From Antedon mediterranea (taxonomy: Eukaryota > Animalia > Echinodermata), in NCBI RefSeq assembly GCF_964355755.1, contig NC_092670.1, positions 7,430,201-7,494,200 of the forward strand: a stretch of DNA of 64,000 nucleotides, given 5' to 3'. Position numbers and translations under genes: made by a program. Positions 63,461 to 64,000 of this stretch are shown here, piece after piece. The notes beneath the pieces were generated by a model. It was not told the DNA's origin, searched no databases, and worked only from the letters and a program-made list of their open reading frames with translations. The first letter of the stretch is position 1, and every line of letters starts with the position of its first letter.

Positions 63461-64000
63461 CTACTGTAGCGATCGACGAATTCTACGTAGAACTGTGTTT
63501 ATTCCGTTTCTAAATGTCTTATTCATTAAACAGTATATCACTGGGTTACATGAAGATGTCATAAACGCCAACCACATTGAAAACGTTTTAAATCCATTTG
63601 GTAAGTGCACTCCCCTTGACTGGCACATCACAACAACTTGGTATGGCAACAACAGCAATATAAAAGTGCCAATGACAATTGCAAACACAAATGCCGATTT
63701 TATCTTAGACCTATAAAACAAATTAGGCCTAGACCTACTTGTCAACGATGCAATGGTTGTAACGTTTTGAACACGTTTCAGATGCTGGAAAGTTAACTTA
63801 CATATATGGTAATACAGTTTGCTTGTTAATAAAATCGGAATAAATACACACAAAACATACACGGACATTGCAAGAATAGCGTTGTCTTGCCACTTAGGTA
63901 GACAAATAAATGAATAAGGAACATATCCGACCTTTCCCAGTCCGAGGATGATGAAAATAAAAGGCTGAATCCATGTCCAACATAACAAAATGATAACATT
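63461..64000 (-). CDS. Class A (rhodopsin-like) GPCR, TM4-TM7 and helix 8; 5' part lies outside the window
   Basis: Frame is open to the window edge. TM4 W, ECL2 Cys (YSFICLPKW), TM5 FIP...Y, TM6 GTFILLLLPY, TM7 SSCNPVIY and helix-8 NKTFR. Resembles the orphan amine-receptor-like type. Confidence 0.9.
   Translation of the reverse strand, partial: NVIILLCWTWIQPFIFIILGLGKVGYVPYSFICLPKWQDNAILAMSVYVLCVFIPILLTSKLYYHICKLTFQHLKRVQNVTTIASLTSRSRPNLFYRSKIKSAFVFAIVIGTFILLLLPYQVVVMCQSRGVHLPNGFKTFSMWLAFMTSSCNPVIYCLMNKTFRNGINTVLRRIRRSLQ

Overview
AT-rich, repeat-dense animal genomic DNA with spliceosomal introns. The repeat content suggests a marine invertebrate, probably a deuterostome, but the taxon cannot be proven from this window. 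Two conserved genes are recognisable. One is a complete 17-exon 2-hydroxyacyl-CoA lyase 1 (HACL1, 50967-60971, + strand, about 577 aa, ending in peroxisomal SKL). The other is the 3' part of a class A GPCR (- strand) that runs off the right edge. Two orphan gene models on the + strand (1.4-3.8 kb and 45.1-47.0 kb) are built from symmetric phase-2 exons encoding hydrophobic helical modules, and the second carries an in-frame hAT MITE in its last exon. The rest is decayed or nested mobile DNA: LINEs (APE+RT, Rex1/Babar-like, L1/Tx1, Penelope GIY-YIG), tRNA/Deu-domain SINEs, Helentron-type and Kolobok-type MITEs, large nested foldback elements (33.5-48.6 kb) and local segmental duplications. There are also tiny palindromic scars that look like transposon excision footprints: P-like scars with 7-bp TSDs, and TA to TAGGCCTA conversions. 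All calls are from manual reading with no database searches, and repeat boundaries are approximate unless a TSD is given.
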